Both the position numbers and the translations under genes were made by a program. A stretch of 63,948 nt of DNA, filler included, from Octopus bimaculoides (taxonomy: Eukaryota), in NCBI RefSeq assembly GCF_001194135.2. It is 8 parts of 7 records of this genome, joined end to end, with 100 filler letters (N's around TTAATTAATTAA, not from the genome) between each part and the next. Parts side by side here need not be neighbours in the genome. Positions count along the whole stretch, not along the records: positions 56,960 to 60,169 come from NC_068987.1; positions 60,270 to 62,667 come from NC_068995.1; positions 62,768 to 63,948 come from NW_026366833.1; 5 more parts are not named here. One strand, written 5' to 3'. The notes below the pieces were generated by a model. It saw only the letters and a list, made by a program, of their open reading frames with translations, did not search any database and was not told the DNA's origin. Below are positions 59,307 to 63,948 of the stretch, in pieces. Position 1 is the first letter of the stretch; every line of letters starts with the position of its first letter.

Positions 59307-59730
59307 GTTTACTTGTATCAGTCAGAGGACTGCGGCCTTGCTGGAGTCTTGCCTTGAAGAGTTTATTGCCCAGAGGTTTTCAACCGGGGTCCATATGGCC
59401 CTTGAGGGCCCATATAAGATTTTGTTAAAAAATTATATGCAATTAATTAGTTACACTTCTTCTACAATACGCAAAATATTTAATTTTTTATTCAATTCCT
59501 TATATACAGCGAGGTCCAGTTGAGTAAAATGGGAATCAAAGGGATCCATAAGGCAAAAAAATGGTTGAGAACCACTGGTTTAGTCGAACAAATAGACTTT
59601 AGCACTTAGGTACTTATTGTTTAAGCCTGGTACTCATTCTATCGCTATATTTTGCTGAATTGCTAAGTTACGTGAACGTAAACAAACCAACACTGGCTGT
59701 CAAGCAGTGGTGAGGGAGAAACAAACAACC
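59307..59730 (-). mobile_element. SINE family A 3' half interrupted by a MITE
   Basis: GACTGCGGCC..GCCTTGAAGAG[insert]TTTAGTCGAACAAAT..GCTAAGTTACGTGAACGTAAAC. Confidence 0.75.
59371..59577 (+). mobile_element. hAT/Charlie-type MITE (207 bp)
   Basis: TIRs CAGAGGTTTTCAACC / GGTTGAGAACCACTG; TSD not cleanly preserved. Confidence 0.75.
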
Positions 59731-59914
59731 AAAAAGACACATAGATATAAACATACATTCATTTATACATACATTGTGCGTACATATATATTTGTTTATA
59801 CGACAAAAAGAAAACAATTCTGTATATTATTATTTAAAACTGAATATATAAATTTCGTTTTTGGATAGCTATCTTGATTTTTTTTTTTTTTTTGATGTTC
59901 TTGATGTTCTATTG

Positions 59915-60040
59915 ATAAGGTTGCAAGACGCAACGAAAATTTTAGGAAAATAAAAATAAGAAATAAGTGGAAATTTTAACGGTGAGTGTGTTAAATTTTA
60001 AGGCACAATAAGAAAATGACTCTCCCCAGACACAACTGAA
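59915..60040 (-). mobile_element. Inverted copy of the Penelope-like tail at ~31990-32125
   Basis: CTATTGATAAGGTTGCAAGACGCAACGAAAATTTTAG..AAAATGACTCTCCCCAGACACAA versus TTGTGCCTGAGGAAAGTCATT..TTTTGTTGCGTCATGCAACTTCTTCAATAG. Confidence 0.7.
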
Positions 60041-60269
60041 TATATAAAATTTATCACAATATGTAATGAAAATAAATTTAAATTTAGTCAATGTGCAAAT
60101 TTGCTATATTCATTTAAGTAACAAGATTCCCGAAATGGAATATTTGATTTTAAAACGATCAACAACTAGNNNNNNNNNNNNNNNNNNNNNNNNNNNNNNN
60201 NNNNNNNNNNNNNTTAATTAATTAANNNNNNNNNNNNNNNNNNNNNNNNNNNNNNNNNNNNNNNNNNNN

Positions 60270-60306
<37 letters not shown>

Positions 60307-60359
60307 CGTATATATATCTACATATATATATATTTAGTTATTCATTTTAGTTTTTGCTA

Positions 60360-60590
60360 GTTTCAGTTTCGAGAACTGCGGCCATTATGGGGCACCGCCA
60401 TTAGCTTTGCTTCGCTGTCACTATTTGGAACCGCTTCTGATATGTGACATTTGGTGAATGAATAAGTTTGATGTTGCTGCCATCATCTGCGTTTCTTCCC
60501 GCGAGGTTGGTTCATCCGGAACTCTTGACAGGAGCACAACCAGTTTTGCTTTGAAGACACCTATGTCTACCCCTCGCAGGTCTCTCTAAC
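60360..60590 (-). mobile_element. LINE (CR1/L2-like) 3' terminus: ORF2 end plus 3' UTR
   Basis: Minus strand RDLRGVDIGVFKAKLVVLLSRVPDEPTSREETQMMAATSNLFIHQM, then GGCGGTGCCCCATAATGGCCGCAGTTCTCGAAACTGAAA. Confidence 0.6.
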
Positions 60591-61824
60591 TTATGAGAAA
60601 ATTACACCTAATTACTTCATAGATTAAACATAAACTCTAATTATATTTATCATTACTATGTCTGTGTGTAATTGGCAATCAAACTCTATGCTTGATTGCT
60701 CATCAAACTCTAATCCCAGTTCGAAGTGGGATCAGATAAATTAAGCAGTAGTTTTACTAATTAAAGGGACAGACGCGCAGGGGTTGAATAATAAAACCTA
60801 TAGTAATAGTGCACTTAGGCTAAAGTTAATACGTTAATTTTTAGTATTGTGAAGGAAGGACGTACAGTACATGTTTGTATGTATGTATGTATGTATGCAT
60901 GCATGCATGTATGTATGTATGTATGTATGTATGTGTGTATGTTTGTATATATATATATATATATATANNNNNNNNNNNNNNNNNNNNNNNNNNNNNNNNN
61001 NNNNNNNNNNNNNNNNNNNNNNNNNNNNNNNNNNNNNNNNNNNNNNNNNNNNNNNNNNNNNNNNNNNNNNNNNNNNNNNNNNNNNNNNNNNNNNNNNNNN
61101 NNNNNNNNNNNNNNNNNNNNNNNNNNNNNNNNNNNNNNNNNNNNNNNNNNNNNNNNNNNNNNNNNNNNNNNNNNNNNNNNNNNNNNNNNNNNNNNNNNNN
61201 NNNNNNNNNNNNNNNNNNNNNNNNNNNNNNNNNNNNNNNNNNNNNNNNNNNNNNNNNNNNNNNNNNNNNNNNNNNNNNNNNNNNNNNNNNNNNNNNNNNN
61301 NNNNNNNNNNNNNNNNNNNNNNNNNNNNNNNNNNNNNNNNNNNNNNNNNNNNNNNNNNNNNNNNNNNNNNNNNNNNNNNNNNNNNNNNNNNNNNNNNNNN
61401 NNNNNNNNNNNNNNNNNNNNNNNNNNNNNNNNNNNNNNNNNNNNNNNNNNNNNNNNNNNNNNNNNNNNNNNNNNNNNNNNNNNNNNNNNNNNNNNNNNNN
61501 NNNNNNNNNNNNNNNNNNNNNNNNNNNNNNNNNNNNNNNNNNNNNNNNNNNNNNNNNNNNNNNNNNNNNNNNNNNNNNNNNNNNNNNNNNNNNNNNNNNN
61601 NNNNNNNNNNNNNNNNNNNNNNNNNNNNNNNNNNNNNNNNNNNNNNNNNNNNNNTCTATTGCGGGATGATTCCCGCCTTTATTATTTCACACGGCAAGCT
61701 TCCAGCGTAATTTGCCCGTCAAATGTTGCTATCATACCTGACAATTGTCCGGTTTCAATCGAGCGTTCATCATGATGACACACGGGGAAAGACGTGACTT
61801 TTTACTAATTTACTCGCATATTTC

Positions 61825-62115
61825 AAACAAAAACAACAACAAAAAACAACAACAACAACATACTTCAACAACGGACAAAGTTAACTCCCGTCAACAATAC
61901 AAGATCCAGCAAGAACAACAAAAAGAAGAACATCGCACAACGCAACGCATAGTGAAGACAAGGATGGTACACAAACATAACAAAATGACAAAACAACAAC
62001 ACAATAACACACTGAAGACAGCAACAACACCAGCAACACAACAAAAGCAACAACAACTACTACAACAACAACAATATGAATAGACATCTATACGCGAAAC
62101 AATGACGACAAGAAG
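61825..62115. repeat. Imperfect (CAA)n low-complexity tract
   Basis: Direct inspection; source of the poly-Q/V/L/C ORFs. Confidence 0.85.
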
Positions 62116-62299
62116 AAGAAAATGAAAATGAGTATAATGGAAATAAGAAGAACAAGGGAACGAAAACTCCAAAATATATTAAAAATAGAAAAAAATAATA
62201 TTTTATATTATTTCTTTAAGAAAAATAAAAATGCGATCTAAAATATGAAATTAGAATAAGAATGGCGAAAATGAAATGTATAATTAGAATGAAAGTGTA

Positions 62300-62485
62300 A
62301 GGACGTGTTTGACACTGTATGTGTGCGTGTGTGTATGTGTTTGTGTAGTGTGTGTATATGTATGTATATATATAATGTATATGTTTGCATTCATATATAT
62401 GTATGTATATGTATTCATATGCATATATGCATGCATGTTTGTATATACATAAACATATACATACACACACACACACATATATATT

Positions 62486-62525
<40 letters not shown>

Positions 62526-63948
62526 GCACACATATATATATTTATATTTATATATAAAACATATCTCGTGTTATATATGTATATATGTATGTATTGTATG
62601 TGTATATATATGTATGTATATATATATATGTATATATATACATATATATATATACACAAACACATACNNNNNNNNNNNNNNNNNNNNNNNNNNNNNNNNN
62701 NNNNNNNNNNNTTAATTAATTAANNNNNNNNNNNNNNNNNNNNNNNNNNNNNNNNNNNNNNNNNNNNTACACAGATTTTTGTACATCAGTATAAAAACCT
62801 AGTGCTATACGTATTGTCTATCTCAAAGTCTATGAGTGTTATACATATTTTCTATCTCAAAGTCTATTATGTATATATCTACATGTATGTTTGCTTTCAT
62901 GTCCGTGCTTATGTATATCGTTGAATATATTTGAATATATGTAAGTATATACGTACGAATGTGTAAGTGTATCTATAGATACGTGTGTATATGCTTACGT
63001 GTACGCGTATATGTTTATATGTATACACACACACATGTACGTGATATATTTGCATTGTGTGTGTGTGTGTGTNNNNNNNNNNTACACACACACATGTACG
63101 TGATATATTTGCATTGTGTGTGTGTGTGTGTGTGCGTTTGTGTGCATACTGTTGGGTTCGTAAGCAGAAGTGTATGTTAATATATTTATGACCTTAGTAG
63201 CAGACAATCTATGCAGCCAACGAAATTTATCTAGTTTTTACTTTCTTAATTTCTGCTAAATTACTTGAAACTCAGCTACACAAAACACATCACAAGAAAA
63301 ATAAAAGAAACAATGTATTTCTCGAGGTAATAAATATATATAGTTGGTATTATCTTTTACATATGTCTATTAATGTATTTGTGCATCTCTCCATACTCTG
63401 ATATCTGTCTAGCTTGATCTGGTTGTGATGTATGTGTGTCTAACTCATACATCTGCACTCATCTACAGTTGTGTATTGGTGTATATTTGTATGTATATCT
63501 GCATCTGTATGTGTTGGCATATGCATGGTTGTGTGAATACATATGTATATGAACATCTGTATATCAATCTATATATTCGTCTACACACATGCACGTATAA
63601 TATACATATGGTGGTACTTGTATGCATGTCACTATGCATGTGTAGATACAAGGAAAAGCTAATGAAAGTGATTGTGTAACTTCTCTCCTTTTGACATTCA
63701 TTAATTTATATAGTGCTCTGTACTCATCTGATCCTGATGCTTTTTGCCAAAGCGAAAGCATAACAAACACACACCCACACCCACACACACATGCGAACAC
63801 ACGCACACATACACATATATACACACAGAAACATGAATACAAAATATTTGTACATTCATTTATGTATACATCAATATATATATAGGAATATACATACACA
63901 CACATATATACATACATACATATATAAATACATATATATATATATATA
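62300..63948. repeat. Degenerate (TA)n/(CA)n/(TATG)n microsatellite field; similar fields at ~16990-18400, 32160-32610, 48400-48900 and 51730-52060
   Basis: Direct inspection. Confidence 0.9.

Noticed and set aside
13737-61775. Long ORFs containing runs of X (for example 13737-14489, 33466-34433, 40033-41001, 45167-46399, 46900-48262, 60849-61775)
   Set aside because: They are open only because N gaps contain no stop codons.
26606-62723. Seven exact TTAATTAATTAA copies
   Set aside because: Always embedded between N runs, so an assembly spacer rather than a biological repeat.
63021-63135. Direct duplication of ~50 bp around a 10-N gap
   Set aside because: Typical unmerged contig overlap.
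1-63948. CRISPR arrays, rRNA, operons or other prokaryotic systems
   Set aside because: The sequence is eukaryotic; no regularly spaced repeat-spacer arrays or rRNA-like segments were seen.

Overview
AT-rich, microsatellite-dense, gapped eukaryotic scaffold. From recollection, the repeat families look like an Octopus (coleoid cephalopod) draft assembly; this is not verified. One confident protein-coding gene is present: a minus-strand ORF of about 1237 aa (ATG 22119 to stop 18406) with 3 N-terminal C2H2 fingers, 2 C2H2 plus 1 C2HC C-terminal fingers and an acidic/Lys tail. The long N/Q/S-rich middle carries about 12 dispersed copies of a motif I do not recognise, [VL]-x-[CF]-D-L-[TS]-x-x-[DN]-[IL]-x-x-L, plus classical SIM-like motifs. 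The rest is layered mobile DNA: mariner, Tc1, hAT/hATm-like, MITEs, Helitron, pogo-like, Gypsy, R4/Dong, RTE, CR1-like, Tx1-like and Penelope-like remnants, and at least four tRNA-derived SINE families. Highlights are the motif array, minimal hammerhead ribozymes in three repeat families (one behind a tRNA-type Pol III head), a 97-nt hairpin just upstream of the gene's splice acceptor, and a switch from CpG-decayed repeats (left ~26 kb) to CpG-intact repeats (right part). All X-containing and microsatellite ORFs are artefacts. Most coordinates were read by eye and repeat boundaries are approximate.
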